A stretch of 64,000 nucleotides of DNA, from NCBI RefSeq assembly GCF_011386835.1, contig NC_088792.1, forward strand, positions 208,940,001-209,004,000, in the 5' to 3' direction. The position numbers and the translations under genes are program-made. Source of the DNA: Chrysemys picta bellii (Eukaryota). The first letter of the stretch is position 1; the number at the start of each line of letters is the position of its first letter. Under the pieces are notes generated by a model, which was not told where the DNA came from, ran no database searches, and was given only the letters and a program-made list of their open reading frames with translations. Below are positions 38,124 to 52,285 of this stretch, one piece after another.

Positions 38124-38427
38124 CAGTATTGCCAATCCCAAGTGTTCAAAAATCATGAGTCAGGCCCCAGAAAATCATGAGATTGCGTTTAATATCACGT
38201 GATTTTTAAAGTATACTAAATGCTGTGTTCTTTTTATTTTCCTGCTGGTTTTGAGCCTTTCTAATGAGCTCAGGCCCTGTTTTCCAGCTTTTTCTCTGCA
38301 GACCTGAAACATTAAAAAAAAAAAAAAAAGCTGAGATTCTCAAATAATCATAAACTCCAAGACCTGGGCCTTTAAGAAAAACACCCAATATTGCACTGGT
38401 GATTAAAATTATGAGTTGGCAACACTA
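38124..38427. mobile_element. hAT-like MITE
   Basis: CAGTATTGCCAATC / TAGTGTTGCCAACTC inverted ends; TSD not preserved. Confidence 0.55.
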
Positions 38428-39449
38428 ACAATTTCTGAGAGAATCCCCTCACCCACTCACAAAGATTTCCCCCCACATTGCTCTGTCAAGGATAGGATTT
38501 CCCCTCCCCTCCCACCTCATCCCTAGCCTCAAGATGGATCCATGGGATGCCGAGTTCATTTGCATAGAGGCCTGTGCCTTCACAGAGGTTCTGGCCCTGA
38601 GCAGGTCCCTCTCTCAGTGTGACTCCATTGGAACTGTGCAGGAACATCCCTGGGTGCAGAGGATGGTTGGGCTCCACGGAAGAAGTAATAAGTATCTTTT
38701 CTGGATGTTCTCCTCAGGATTAGAGAACATTATGCATCCTTCCAGCCAGCCCTTCCCTCCTGGAGATCCCTAAACCTGCAGTGCAGCCTCTGTGAGACCC
38801 AGAGGAGGGAGGATGGCCAAGCCCCCTTCCACACAGATGGTGGGAGGAAACATGTGACGCTTCTTACCCTTTGTATGTGAATCTAGAATATGCCCATTAG
38901 TTAGAGAGCAGTATTTATCCCAAGACTGTATGGCACAATATTATAGTGAGCTCTTACAAGTCACTACATCTGTTCTGAATTTGTCCTTCTCTATGTTTAA
39001 AAAGTGTCAAGCACAGCAAGATGACCTAAACTATGATCAGACTAATTAGCAGTATTTTATCTTTGATTAATGGACATGAAGGCATGGTATTTAATGCCAC
39101 AGCCCTGACGTGCTGTTCTGTAGTTGTGACACAGTTATCTTTGGACAGAACACTTGCCTCAGTATTATCTTGTCTTAGATATTATTTAGAGCTGGAGGAT
39201 CTAATATATAAATAAGTGTGGTCTATGGATATTAGCATGACAGGTCAGAATTTTACAGACCAAAACACTGAGCATTTGGTTTTATTTTTCATATCACTTT
39301 TATCTTCCATCTATCTAATGGAGAGACAGGCATAGACTGTATCATGGACCTAATCCTATTCCATCTTAAATCCGTTGCAAAGCAGAAAAAAATAGATGGA
39401 TGCTACTAAGTTTTAAATTCACTATACAAAGAGAAACAACTTACCATCC

Positions 39450-39629
39450 TTAAAAATTCTGTTTGTAAAGTTGCAAAGCTTTCCCAGCTACATATTCAAT
39501 GAATTCAGAGCTCCCTATAACTAAATCATGAGGAACCTTAATTGTGAAAGTAGGTGAAGTCAGAATATTCACATGCACCACTGTTTCATTCAGACTGGAA
39601 GAATCTGTTCCTTGGACACTTGGTGACAC
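39450..39629 (-). CDS. CLUL1: Clusterin-like 1 last coding exon (stop; exon continues to donor after 39445)
   Basis: cag|GTG TCA CCA..AAT TTT TAA GGATG|gtaagt; VSPSVQ...SSEFIEYVAGKALQLYKQNF*. Confidence 0.9.
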   Translation of the reverse strand: MSPSVQGTDSSSLNETVVHVNILTSPTFTIKVPHDLVIGSSEFIEYVAGKALQLYKQNF

Positions 39630-41014
39630 CTGAAATAGAATAGCCTGGTTTGGTTACTGTAACCCAGTACACTTCGTCAATTTGTTAATACCTGTTTTGC
39701 ATCCTCTCACTTTTAGAATGAAAAATGAAAAGGGAGGGCTTTTTTAAACATGAATATTTTCATCTAGTGGCTTTCTTCTGAAGTGAGCGGTAGCTTTTTA
39801 GGTTCATGTCAATATACATTTTGGCGGGGGTGGCAATAATGCAGGTGTGGCAATAATGCACTACACCACCATGATGGAGATGTGCACATTAGTGTTTGTC
39901 CAGTGCTTTATTCATGCTAAGTATTGTTACATTAAAAAAAAACTTCAGTCCTCTTATTTCTTAGACACATGACAATAAGGGGCCCAAATTGCAAACATAT
40001 AGGCATACAGGAGTCGTCCTATTAATTTCAATGGATGATTCATGTGATTAGTTACTCGTGCTGGCATGTTTACAGAATCACACTCAAGTTTTGCCTCTGT
40101 ATTTCCCAAAGCAGACAATTTGAAGTCAGGCTGAAAAAATGTTCAGAAGTATTGTTTGTCCTCTGTGTTCCTGTTTTTCCATTTTTCTTAAACAAAAGGC
40201 AACTGTACTATATTGAGTCTACCAGTATGAGGGGTTGTCTTAGGACTAAAGCCCTCAGAAACTGGAATACAGTCAATTTTTTTTTACATGATCAAACCAT
40301 ATAATACTGGGAAAAATAAGAGCCTAGTCCTGAGAGATGCTATGGAGGAAAGAGTATGTGCTCACTGTGCAGTGGTAATGGCATAGCCAATGATTCTACA
40401 TAGAGTCAATGTAGAGATAACAGCAGGCTTACGGCGGTGCTTTGCAAAAAGAGAGAAGGATTTGTCCCTATACCAGTACAAATTAGTATTATTTATTCTT
40501 GTTTTATCACTGTGTGAAAGATCTCTGGTTATTTATAGGGTATTTACTAGATTATTTTTGTGTGCCATAAAACCTATGTTGTAATAAAATTCTTTACATT
40601 TTCAATACTTGGAGCTCTAATTTTGTTATACTGATCTAATAAAGATGTATGTGTTCTGTGTTACCCCTTGGCAGAGCCTCCCTTCTTCTGGAAAGGTAAT
40701 CTGGGGGCAATCAAACTTGTTAGTGCCAATTTACTCCTGTCAGGCAGTGATATAGGTTGGCCCTGTCAGTTATCCATCAAACTAAAAGGATTTAGAGTAG
40801 AATAGTTTCTAATCTCTGGAGTTTTAGATCATCAAGGGATTATCAAGTATACTTAAAATCAACCTTAGTAAGAGCTTGATGTTTTAAAGACCAAAAATAA
40901 CACACAAAACACACACTATCCTCCCAACTTGTCCTGAAGCTTAAGTGTGAGTGAAATATAGAGCACAGACATCACTGTGCAATAGTTACTTCCCTTTTAA
41001 TAACTAGCCTTTAC

Positions 41015-41229
41015 CTTTACTATATTGAAAATGTTTTCTGGTCCGATGGTCATGTTGGATAGTTCTGACACCCACCCGAACCTTTCTTTCATTTTGCTCA
41101 ACAAGTAGGAAGTGTCTTCTGTGTGACGCTGAATCACCTGGAGGATCTGCTCATACTGTTCACCTGAGACATTAACCAGCTTAAAGGCTTCATCAAACTT
41201 TATGTGTAGTTCAGGGACGTTTGGACAGT
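41015..41229 (-). CDS. CLUL1: CLUL1 coding exon 6
   Basis: cag|AC TGT CCA..AAG|gtaaag; 215 nt, DCPNVPELHIKFDEAFKLVNVS...RFGWVSELSN. Confidence 0.94.
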
Positions 41230-42009
41230 CTGGTTAAAAAACAAACAGACATCAAACTTTATTGGAAAGCATTCATTTTTTAAACTTATGTATGTGTATA
41301 AAAGTACAGATATAGGTTCTATTTCTAGTGTGGGTTTTTTTTTTAAAATCCAAAGTAATTTTTGCTGAAGTATTTCAATGAGTTTAGGTTAGATCATGAC
41401 CTAGAGTCACTTATCCTTTATGGTAACTGGACACTGTGGTATGCTAAATAAAAACCTTGCCATTACTACATATAGAGATTTATGTTAGTGTATAAATTGG
41501 CTATCGTTTCCTTTAATTGCCTGTAGCTCTTTATCTGTTCATTGCAAGTAAGCCTATAATACATGCTGTTAGGTTTTATTACTGTTGAATTTTAAGGCCT
41601 AATTTTATTTCAGAGGAGCAATAAACATTAGTATGTAACTAGACTAATCTGTTACTGAACTTGTAGATGTAAGCATAATGGTAGCTTTTTAGGTTCTGTA
41701 AACAGCTATGCTCATTGCACATGAAATTAGAATTTGGCCCACAAGGTACCATTAAAAACCCCTTCAGAGAACTCTTTCTGACTATAATCTTAACTTCTGT
41801 GCTAGTAAATAAAATTGGCCCAATCCTAACATCATTAAAACTCCCTGTGAAGTCTCTCAAACTGATCAGTCACATTTGTATTTCTTTTTTCTCATTCAGT
41901 ATTTTGGATTGCTGTATTTTTAATTACAGAGGGGGGTGCTTATAAGGCATCACTGTGATTTTTAAGACATCACTAGTTTGGGAGAAGATGGGGTGGGGTG
42001 GCTACAGAG

Positions 42010-42175
42010 CAGGGCCGGCTCCAAGCACCAGCGGAGGAAGCACGTGCCTGGGGTGGCACATGCTTGGGGCGGCACAATCCGGGCGGCTTTTTTTTTTTTT
42101 GCTTCGGCAGTTCGGGTGGCTTTTTTTTTTCTTTCTTTCTTTCTTGGGGCGGCAAAAATGGTAGAGCCGGCCCTG
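42010..42175. mobile_element. hAT MITE, 166 bp
   Basis: Perfect 8-bp TSD ctacagag; TIR CAGGGCCGGCTC. Confidence 0.88.
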
Positions 42176-42818
42176 CTACAGAGATACCACCCAGCAGCAG
42201 GAGTATCCATAGCAATTCTGGCTGATTCAGCCAGAATTCCTCTAAAGTCTCATGGAGACTGTGCCAGAGTTCTGCCACCCTTTTACATGGTACAATGTGC
42301 CTTCTCCATTACCACTCACCAGCTCAGCTCTGATTTCACTTTTCACTTTCCCTTTGAGGAAATGAATCCCAAGTAAAATTACACCTGGCCCTGTGCCAGA
42401 GTACACAGAGCATGGGATGGTTTAGAGTCACCTTGTAACCCCTCTGCAGTTTTGCACCCAGGCAGGGCCAATCACAATCTGGCCCCTTGTTTTCTCTGCA
42501 GGATGGCATCTTTACCAATAAAATACGTACTATCTTGGTGTGGAACATCACTTTGGAAATGAGGCAAGAGTGTTAACAACTGAGTTATACTGACACTGTG
42601 TGGAGACATTGGGGAAGGGGAAATGAAATCATTTGGATCAACTGTGGCTTTTGAATTCACAGTAATAGTAAATCTGCAGAAGCTGAAATTTAATTCCAAA
42701 AATATGTATCTAGAACAGTAGAAAATTATAGCACGAATATCTGCAAAAAAAGAAAGAAAGGTCACTGCTTTATCATGGACAAGGTATTAAAGAAACACAC
42801 TAGAAAATAACTATTTAC

Positions 42819-42956
42819 CTCTCATCAGGTTATCCTGACATTTCTGGCATCTCTCATGAAACTGTGGGCATCCGGATGAATTCTGACGGAGCTCTTTACA
42901 CAGAGCTCTCTTGTGTCCTGGTATGATCTTTGAAAACATGCCACTTTTGTCAGAAT
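42819..42956 (-). CDS. CLUL1: CLUL1 coding exon 5
   Basis: tag|AT TCT..AGA G|gtaaat; 138 nt with the Cys cluster LCKELRQNSSGCPQFHERCQKCQ. Confidence 0.94.
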
Positions 42957-43769
42957 CTAGAGTGAATGTACAGTATAAAGTAAGCCCACTGAAGTTAGGG
43001 GCCTGTTGATACCTTCTTATTGCTGTTTCCTACTCCATTGTTTTTTCAATAAAACTTCCAGGCCTGAATTCAAAATGAGTGAGCATAAGACCAGAACAAT
43101 AGTAACCAAAACATGCTTCCCTTGAAACAGTATGTGTCACTATCATATGATCCCTTATAAAAATATACCAAATTATTCTGCATGAAGAGTCCAAAACACT
43201 ACCTATAGTGCTTTGGACTATTACTGTAGAACATGGTTCTCAATCCGCAGGTTGCGACTTCCAAGGATGTAATTAACTGGTCAAGAGGGGTTGCAACCAC
43301 TGTCCCTTTATTTACTGCTAGATAAGAGTGGGCTCACAAAACTGATTACTGTGATAATATGCAGTCAATTATATGGAAAGATTGAGAAGCACTGCTGTAG
43401 AGTAATCTATTTTAGACAAGTACTAGTATATATTTAGTTTAAATAATGATTGTTTCTCCTTTAACATTATTAAAATATAAAGAATATTTTTATATGTACT
43501 CTTGAAATTCTTTCATATTTTGGACTCAAGATTGTGTCCATTAAAACTAAAACTCCCTTTTCTTTTTAGAGAGCTCAGTTTTCCTTGTAGAAGTATATCT
43601 GGAATATTTTTCCCTTTCTTGTCTATTTAAAGAAAAAAGCTGTCAGGGAGTTCATACCAAACTATTCATATTCATGGGTTGCAAAAGAGAGTCCATGCAC
43701 TGACACTTTTCTGAGTTATGTACTTTCATTTGAAATTGCCTTTAAAAAATTAATATCTTCCATAGTTGT

Positions 43770-43850
43770 TTGCTCTTTGTGGCTCAAAAGATTCAACCAA
43801 CAGAAGTTGGTCGAATAAATGATATTACTTCACCTACATTGTCTCTTTAA
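43770..43850 (+). mobile_element. Penelope-like terminal fragment (second subfamily)
   Basis: caacagaagttggtcgaataaatgatattacttcacctacattgtctc matches a turtle repeat I recall; hammerhead core not retained. Confidence 0.45.
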
Positions 43851-44035
43851 AATACTGAAACATGCAAATGTACTTACTTTTTTAGTTGGTCCCTTCAGTC
43901 TGCCAACCAATACATCATCAGATGTCATTTATTAGGCTACTTGTTGGCTTTGATTCTGCTAAAATGGAGGTCTTTTAATAAAAAAGGTATATGTACCCAA
44001 AATGTATAATAATATATTTTAAATTATTTAAGATA

Positions 44036-44223
44036 CACCTCTATCCCGATATAACGCTGTCCTCGGGAGCCAAAAAATCTTGCCTCGTTATAGGTGAAAC
44101 CGCGTTATATCGAACTTGCTTTGATCCGCCAGAGTGCACAGCCCTGCCCCCCCGGAGCACTGCTTTACTGCGTTATATCCGAATTCGCGTTATATCAGGT
44201 CACATTATATCGGGGTAAAGGTG
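44036..44223. mobile_element. Tc1/mariner (Tigger/pogo-like) MITE, 188 bp
   Basis: TA TSD; TIRs CACCTCTATCCCGATATAA / CACCTTTACCCCGATATAA. Confidence 0.82.
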
Positions 44224-45466
44224 TATTTTAAAGAACCATGACATGGTTTCAGATCTTGTCCTAAAAGATCTAAACTCTTGGTGAGTAATTTTAAAAACCA
44301 ATATGCTAGAGGCCAAAGCTAAAAGTTGTCCATTCCAATAATTTAGAAACATGAGTTTTGCTCTACCGGAGTGTATCATTGGATCATCTTGTCTGGTATT
44401 ATGCCTCCAGTGGTGGCCTATATCTTTGATGCTTCAGAGTGAGGCAAATCAAGTCTTATAAACAAATGCTCCTGGCCAATTGTATAACTGCCTGGCTCAA
44501 CATGTGGCTGTTTGATACATATGCTGCACATGATGTCAGCTAATTCAGTGAGAAAGCAACTAACTAAAAGCACTCCCCAATCCACACCTTTTTTGTGTTT
44601 GTTTTATAGTGCACAAAGCTACAGAAAGTTACTGAGGACAGAGAGCAAAGCTCTCGTCTTTCTCTCCCCGGTTGCTATACCTTATTCTGATCAGCTTTGC
44701 AACCCAAAGTTGCACTCTGTTTTTGCAAAGAATTACTGCTGCAGAAAGTTTGACTATCTCCTCTGCATGGTTATAAATGGAATGCGGGAGGTGTCAACAG
44801 CCTGTCTTATGATGCTCTCTTCCACCCCCCACCCTTGAAAACTGTTGTCATCCCCTCAAAAACAAACAAACTTAGCTGTCCTAAATGAAATTCTTCCCAT
44901 TTGCTGGAGCACTTCATGTCTTTGTTTCTTGTTGGCACATTAGATGCCTGTTACAGCTACAAGCAGGTCTCACAGCTGACTGGCACATCTATTTCCTTAC
45001 ATTTTGTGAGGGCTGGTGACGTGTCTTAACCTTTTAGGAGCAATGGAAGCACATCAGCACAATATGTGGTTCTTCCTGACTAATGTTGAGATCAGATTTG
45101 TCAGTCAGCCACATGAAAATCCAAATCTGCACTGAACACCCAGGAATTCCTGCAAATGCTTTGAGAATTATTATAGGAATCAGGCTCCGTGGAGACAGTA
45201 GCATAAGCCCTTAACTAGCATTCTATGGACCTGGAGGATTTGGCATTCTCTCTTTTTATTTTATTATTCCAAATTTTAATTTGGCCAACAAAGTTATGTT
45301 TGACCCATATCTGCTTATCTAAGAGGGCTTTCAGACCTTCACACAACATGTGTTATGCTATTTATAGCCTCAAACAATTCTTAACCATTTAATAACTATT
45401 GCTAACACTTGTGAAAGTTTGATGTTATTGGTACCAAAGTCTGTTTTAACTTCTTCTAACACTTGC

Positions 45467-45911
45467 CTTTGGCTTGTTCTGGCAAATCTCTTGTACTGTC
45501 TGTGTATTCATCAAATGCTTCAGTAATCACCTCGCTGATACCTTCAAACAGAGTCTTGCTGAAGTCAAAAAATATCTGAAGGAAGCCTGGCATACCCAAG
45601 TCTTTCTGAAAACCACTGTTTCTTATAGGCTCCTCGGGGAAAGCAGGCATATAGTAGGGCTCAGTTAGGTCCAGATCAGACATGAAATATATTTGAAAAG
45701 ATTGATCAAATTCTTTTTGCATCTGTTTGAAAAAAGCAAAGCTTTTATCAAATATTGTGCTCACATCCGATAACAGCTGGCTAAATAAATCTTCCATTTG
45801 TACTAACTGGGCATCTTCCTTCTCAGGCTTTTCATTTAACTGGAGATCTTTTTCTTGATCTTCATGAAAAGTAAAAGTAAATGGAGACATTTTCCTGAAA
45901 AAATCTTCAAC
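45467..45911 (-). CDS. CLUL1: CLUL1 coding exon 4 (probable GC donor)
   Basis: cag|GTT GAA GAT..AAA G|gcaagt; 445 nt, VEDFFRK...EDAQLVQMEDLFSQL...DLPEQAK. Confidence 0.9.
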
Positions 45912-47486
45912 CTGTATATGCAAAAATATATTGACTGTCAGACAAGTTATCAGATCTTCATCCTCTCAGGGCAGCTGCTATAAAGAATTTCTTCAAATGT
46001 TTAGAGATAAAGGGAATGCATCCCCAATATCTAGCCCATTTTCCAAACTATAGTCTATATTCTAAAGACTATTGAGAAATTAGTCAACAGGGTGTTAATA
46101 TTTACACTAAATCCCACTAAAGAGGATGCCAGTCTTTGAACCAGTTGGCCTCTAATCTACTGAGCCATTCGGTTTGTGTTAATAGTTGCGACAGGGCCCC
46201 AAAATTAAATTTGGGCATCACCTAACAAATACTTTGGTCTTCATCTGGGAATCACCTTTGTGAGCTGCATTATAGTAATATAGTAAATACATGTTGAACA
46301 GAAGGCAATTGTTCTTTCTCTTCTGTTCAGACATCAACAATTCTCTCACCAAGGCCCAAACCCTCAAGTTCTTACTCAGGCTACAACCTTTGAAATCAGT
46401 GGATGATTGGCCCAAGAAAGAACTAAGTAAAGTCTTCGGAATTTGGCCTCAAATACACTTTGCTTCCTTGTTTTTAAATTTGTTTTTTATCAATATAAGT
46501 TTGTCATTACAACTACCAATGTGAGGGCTTCATTGAACCCATAGAGTTCACCATGGAGATTACCAAAATAATGCCAAAGACAAGCATGATGCCCCAGTGT
46601 GTGTGTGTATTTAAAGTAGGATACGACTCTAAAAAAATTACTTTGTAAAAATGGCATGATGGGGTTTCAAGTTTATTGTCTCTCAGTGCCTTTCAGAACA
46701 ATTGTGCTCTTTTAACCAGTAAAAAATAAATAGCAAACATGCCCTTGGAGTTGAAAAGCAAACTGTGTTCTTTCTGAGTTGTGCATTATCATCAGTAACT
46801 CTGGCTAACTGAGGGGTATTCAGGTGAAATTAAGGTGTAATTAAAATGTATGCTTTGGGGTAAAGATTTTGCAGTTAGGATTTAGATAACAATTCTGTTG
46901 ATGATGAACATGCCAAGAAAGAATCTTTTCTCTCAGAACTGTGTTGGCTCTGAAGTGCTAACAGGAGTTAAAAGTAGTAAAAAAACGTATCTTTGCTTCA
47001 AAAGTAGTAGACATGACATGGAATAAACACATGAAGGAGAGCTGTTGTGTAGGAAGATGCAGTTTTTTAAATGGTCACTTTACTGATCATAACCACAGTT
47101 TAAGATGTGTTGTTTCTCAGAAGAAAAACAAAAGTGGCATTTTTCACAAATAATTACTGAACATCTTAACTCAAATTCTACTGTGGGTTGCATCATTATA
47201 AATCTGGAGTAATTCCACTGAAGCAAATTACTCCATTATTTCAGTGGAGTCACTCCAGAGTTATACCAGTGTCACAGAACAGGCTCAATGTGCAGTGATC
47301 TGAAGCCAAATGAGATCTGTTCCGCCCAAGTCCACAGTTCCAGATCCCAATATCTAATTGTTTTTGATAACCCAATAATAATGGCATATCTGCCCATTTG
47401 AGAAAACAAGATGTACTCACTTAAAAGGGTTAGGTGAAGCAGCAACTAAAGGCAGAGTGCTTGCCGGAGGCTGACTTTCTTCTTAC

Positions 47487-47654
47487 CTTACTTGTAAATG
47501 TTGACAGACCTTGCTGGCAGGTTGTATAAAATCTCATGCAGTTACTTTCTAAACAAGTTTTACATTCATCCCAGAGATTTCTCAGAGACACCTGACATTG
47601 TCTTTCTTCTTCCTCTAATTGTTCTTTCACTTCGTCCATAAGCCTCAGAGCTTC
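47487..47654 (-). CDS. CLUL1: CLUL1 coding exon 3
   Basis: tag|GAA GCT..AAG|gtaag; 168 nt, Cys cluster EEEERQC...WDECKTCLESNCMRFYTTCQ. Confidence 0.95.
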
Positions 47655-48969
47655 CTAATTGAGAAAAAGGTTCACAATTTGTTCACTTAATTAATTCCAG
47701 TTTTCACATTAGTGAAACACTCATCCCAGCCCACCAGTAATTAAATTCTCTGTAGTTATTTGTGGTTTATCCTTCGTCCCTAACAAAGGGCCAGCTAGCC
47801 CCTCTGCCTGAATTGCATGTGGAGGAGGCTGGTGGAAACTCTGTAAAGTTCCCCTTACGATAGTTTCCCTGATGTCTTTCCCTTAGCGGACATAGCCCAC
47901 GAAACCCGGTAGATCTCTGAGATCCATTTCTGTCTCAGAGGGTGTGCTGAGGCCAAGGCTATGGAGAGGCCCCAGTTCAGCCCCTCATGCCTATAACCTC
48001 AAATTTTTATTTTCCCATACAGTATTCCAGAACATTCTCCCATTTAGCTAATATTCCCTTTTGTTCCATTTGTTAATACTGCATTCCTTTAGCCCAAATA
48101 TTTCAGTGATCTAAGCTCCTGCTGTCTGTAAACTCCTTCTTTATAAAGAAATATGGAGAAGTATTGAATTTCCCCTCTATTGGCTTTTATTGATTAAAAG
48201 CCTGGAGTGAGAGCATTTCTTCCCCTTCTATTTGCCAGATGTTAGGAGCTCTTTCTGCACTGCACAGATGCACAGTACTTTCTACAGGGTTTGTTCTAAT
48301 TTATGCTTCATTTTACATGTGTTAGAGCACAAGGCCAAGCACTGATTAGGATAAGCACTTCAAAATGAAGCTGACACTGGAACAGAAGGGAAAGCTCTCA
48401 GCACCAGACAGGGGTTAGAGGTGGGTGGCCTCTCTCTCTGCCAGTGCAGTGCACTTCTTAATACTTTACATTTCCAAACAAAACTCCAGGTTCTTCGGAA
48501 GTACACATGCTCCCCTTAACTTATTTATTAGCCAGGCTTGTTCCTTTCTGGATTCTGGCAGCAGGAGACCGTTGGCTCATTACAATGGGGACAAGGTCCT
48601 TGAAAAAGAACTTGTATACACTCTAAGAGCATACTGGGTGCAGGGAGGGGGGTTAACAGCTCTTGTATTTATGTTATTTGTTTTATGTGTCCTCATTTGT
48701 GCAATATTTTAATATAGTCTTGGTTGGTGGGGAAGGATTGCTTTGTAAATAAATCATGATCCTCAGAATAAACAGTACGTTGAATACTTTATGCAGCACA
48801 ACACACAGTCAGATCATTCTCTCTGCAATTGTATTTTTTCAGTTCCACCAACAGAGTCTAATGGCTGCATTTACTGCAGGACTCGCATTTCCCACAGCTA
48901 CTTGAGGGACAGCCTGGATATGCAGTCAGCTCTGAGAAGAGATAACATTGTAAAGCAATGGCTCCCTTA

Positions 48970-49264
48970 GGCCTTGTCTTCACTTACCGGAGGGTCCGGC
49001 GGCACGCAATCAATGTTCTGGGATCGATTTATCGCGTCTGGTTAAGACGCGATAAATCGATCCCGGATTGATCCCGGAAGTGCTCGCAGTCGGTGCGGGT
49101 ACTCCAGCTCGCCGAGAGGAGTACGCGGCATCGACGGGGGAGCCTTCCTGCCGCGTCTGGACCGCGGTAAGTTCGGACTAAGATACTTCGAATTCAGCTA
49201 CGTTATTAACGTAGCTGAATTTGCGTACCTTAGTCCGAAGTGGGGACTTAGTGGGGACCAGGCC
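48970..49264. mobile_element. Harbinger-type MITE, 295 bp, related to the 2342 copy in opposite orientation
   Basis: TTA TSD both sides; TIRs GGCCTTGTCTTCACT / GGCCTGGTCCCCACT; shared internal palindromes. Confidence 0.85.
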
Positions 49265-50743
49265 TTAGAGACTACATCCTTTGAGATTGTAAATTCATGA
49301 TGCCCCACTTCCAATTCAGAACTCCTTATCTATGGGTTTATAAATCTATGGAGGGATGTAATTTAATTTTAATGTAATTAATTATGCCTTGTATAACGAC
49401 ATGCCTATTTAACCATTTTTGTTGCTGCTGAACTGCCCTTTTTCTAACTTCTCTTTCTTACATATAAGAAATGTTTTGTACCATGAAAGCTCTATTAATC
49501 CTTATATATTTTCATTACTCTTGAATGTGACATGAATGAAGTAATGCTTTTGGACTTCGAGTGCAAATGATGCTCATCCAGTTTGGGAACTGGTCTTTGA
49601 GAATTGTCAGATTTGAGCTAAGGAATCCTAAACTATATAACGGTTTGGATTTTCTCAGCTTGAGTATCTGAGCAAGCCAGTCACTGCTAGCAGACGGAAG
49701 TCATAGACAAATTAGGGACATAACTAAAGCTGATCAAATACTGCAAACCTAGTTCCAGCTTTGGCTCAGGAGTGTTGTGCCACATTTCATTTACTCTTTA
49801 CAACCATTCACATGAATAGTGTTGTATTTGCACAGGTTTTTTGGCATAATTGTTCTTCTTATGAATGCACGTAAATCAGGGTATTGGTACATGAACAAGA
49901 ATACTTGTTATGTCATTTGTTGGCCTCCTTTTTAAACTGTTTCAGTCCCCAAATCAGTGAGCAAAATGTAGTATTATGTGACGCGGATGACAAATCCCAT
50001 ACTATGAGTCAAAGGGAAAGTTCACAGATAGCTTATTTATAATGAATAATGCAACAAAACTTGAAAGATGTTATAATTGTCCAACAGATATTTGCGCAAT
50101 ATTATTATTTACTATTTATATTGCTCTAGCACCCAGAGGGCCCCATTACAATTGGATCCCCGTTTTGCAAACATACATATGGGAAGACCTAGTCTTCTTC
50201 CCTAAGAAATTGGCAAATATGAGAGTTAGTATTCTAAATAATATTGAAATGTAATTGTATAGGGCCAGAGCATGGCTCATCTTGTGTTCCAGTACCAGGG
50301 AGTAAGGGGACGTAAGGCACCTGTTGCACTGGTGTGCCATACTGCTGCTTCTAGTGCTCTGGGAGTAGTAGGCTATGCAGAGCCGCTATGACCCAATCCC
50401 CCCATGCAAATGGGTGGGAAGTGGTGGAAGGGGGCAGAAATGAGCAGAGCCTTGACTCCACTCCATCTCCCGCAAGGTACTCAGTGGCGTAGTTGTGTTG
50501 CCATGTTGGGAGGCATACACTGCACCACGCATTCAGTTTACCTCCTTCCCGGAGGCATGGAGAAACCAGGAGGGAGATTATGACTTCCTGAATCACAGAT
50601 TTTTCTGGGCTGCTCAATGGGGAGCATAAAACGGTGCCCCTCTTACTATGGGCTGTATCACAAAGTGATGACCTAGCCCATAATGTCTCTGATTGGAACA
50701 AGTAACAATATAAAAATGATCATATATAATTTCTTAGATTTTA

Positions 50744-50947
<204 letters not shown>

Positions 50948-52019
50948 TTAAAATGGGGCCTAATTGCTGTATTGCCGTAATGCACTTGATAACAAGGGAT
51001 AATTAAACGGCTCTACATTTCTAAGCAGACAAAAGACTATATCCTTAGCTGGTGCAAGCTGAAGTTAGTGGAGCTAAGATGACTTACACCCACTGAGGAT
51101 TTGGCCCAAAGCCTTCTGTTGATCAGATATATGCTCCTATTGTAGCTTAATTTGATCTAGTTCAGGTTAATCCTCAGCCACCTGTTTCTACTTAGCTGAC
51201 ATATTTATTTTTAATCCTAACTACTTCTCTTAACTTTTTTTTTTTTAAATATAGTTTAGAAGAATCTTAATTCAATTCCCATAAGAATATAGGGCTTTAT
51301 CACGCTCCTGCTGAACATCAATGGCAAAATGAACATTGACTTCAGTGGCAACTCAGTTTGGCCCATGTTTTAAAAACAGAAATCATGCTATCATGTTGAG
51401 ACATAATCTGCATTTGTTCCCTGTACAGAAATCCCATCGACATCAATGGGAACTACAGAAAACAAGTGACGTATATGTCGCATATGAAATTATAAAATGC
51501 ATTTTCATACATTAGTCTTTTCTCTTTTCATATCTTTCTTTCCCCTCACATTTTGTCTGATATATGTATGTTTCTTTGCCCCAGCCTGGTTTATATGTTC
51601 ATAATTTGTCCTTTTTGTAGTAAGCGGCAAAATAAAAACACTTCCAAAATGCACTATAGATGCTTTTAAACTAAGGTATTTTTACCATTTTAATAACTTT
51701 TAACAGCAAAGCGGTCCGGCATATTGTTCTGGAAAACTTGCAAAATTTCGTTTAAACAAATTAAATTAAATAATCCAAACCCTGTTGAATTCAATTTAGT
51801 TTTCAGCTTTTACTCCAGTAATTTAAGAAAGACACTATTTTAAAAAAATATACCTGGAAAATAAGAAATAAAAAGGAAAAATGAGCTACCTTCAGCAATC
51901 CCTTGTATAAATAGTTTCAGTTTTTATGGACCCCCTTAAAATAGGAATTTATAATGAATATGCTTTGTGGGTGCTTTATTTCAAGCATCACAAGAAACCA
52001 CCAATGTCACACATCTTAA

Positions 52020-52141
52020 GGCCCCACACTTGCAATTGGATCTGCATGGGCAGACTTTTGTGCAGAACCCTATCGACTTCAGTGGGACTCCGTGTGGGAG
52101 CAAAGGCCCTCCCATGCAGATCTGATTACAGAAATGGGCCC
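52020..52141. repeat. Short hairpin element
   Basis: Arms containing ggatctgcatggg / cccatgcagatct. Confidence 0.65.
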
Positions 52142-52182
52142 AGGAGCTTTCAATCCATACTTAATAGTAAAAGCATACATAC

Positions 52183-52285
52183 TTTTCAGGTGTTCCCATG
52201 GATTGATTTCCTCCTCCTTTATAGGTGGACACTGATGGCCCCTCAGCCATAACAGGTATATCAGAAATAGCCAACACGACTTCAT
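52183..52285 (-). CDS. CLUL1: CLUL1 first coding exon (signal peptide)
   Basis: Acceptor before 52292; MKSCWLFLIYLLWLRGHQCPPIKEEEINPWEHLK then A|gtatgt; summed CDS 1398 nt = 465 aa. Confidence 0.9.

Noticed and set aside
38558-38565. Perfect octamer ATTTGCAT suggesting an snRNA gene
   Set aside because: No PSE or recognisable snRNA sequence nearby; one 8-mer is expected by chance in 64 kb.
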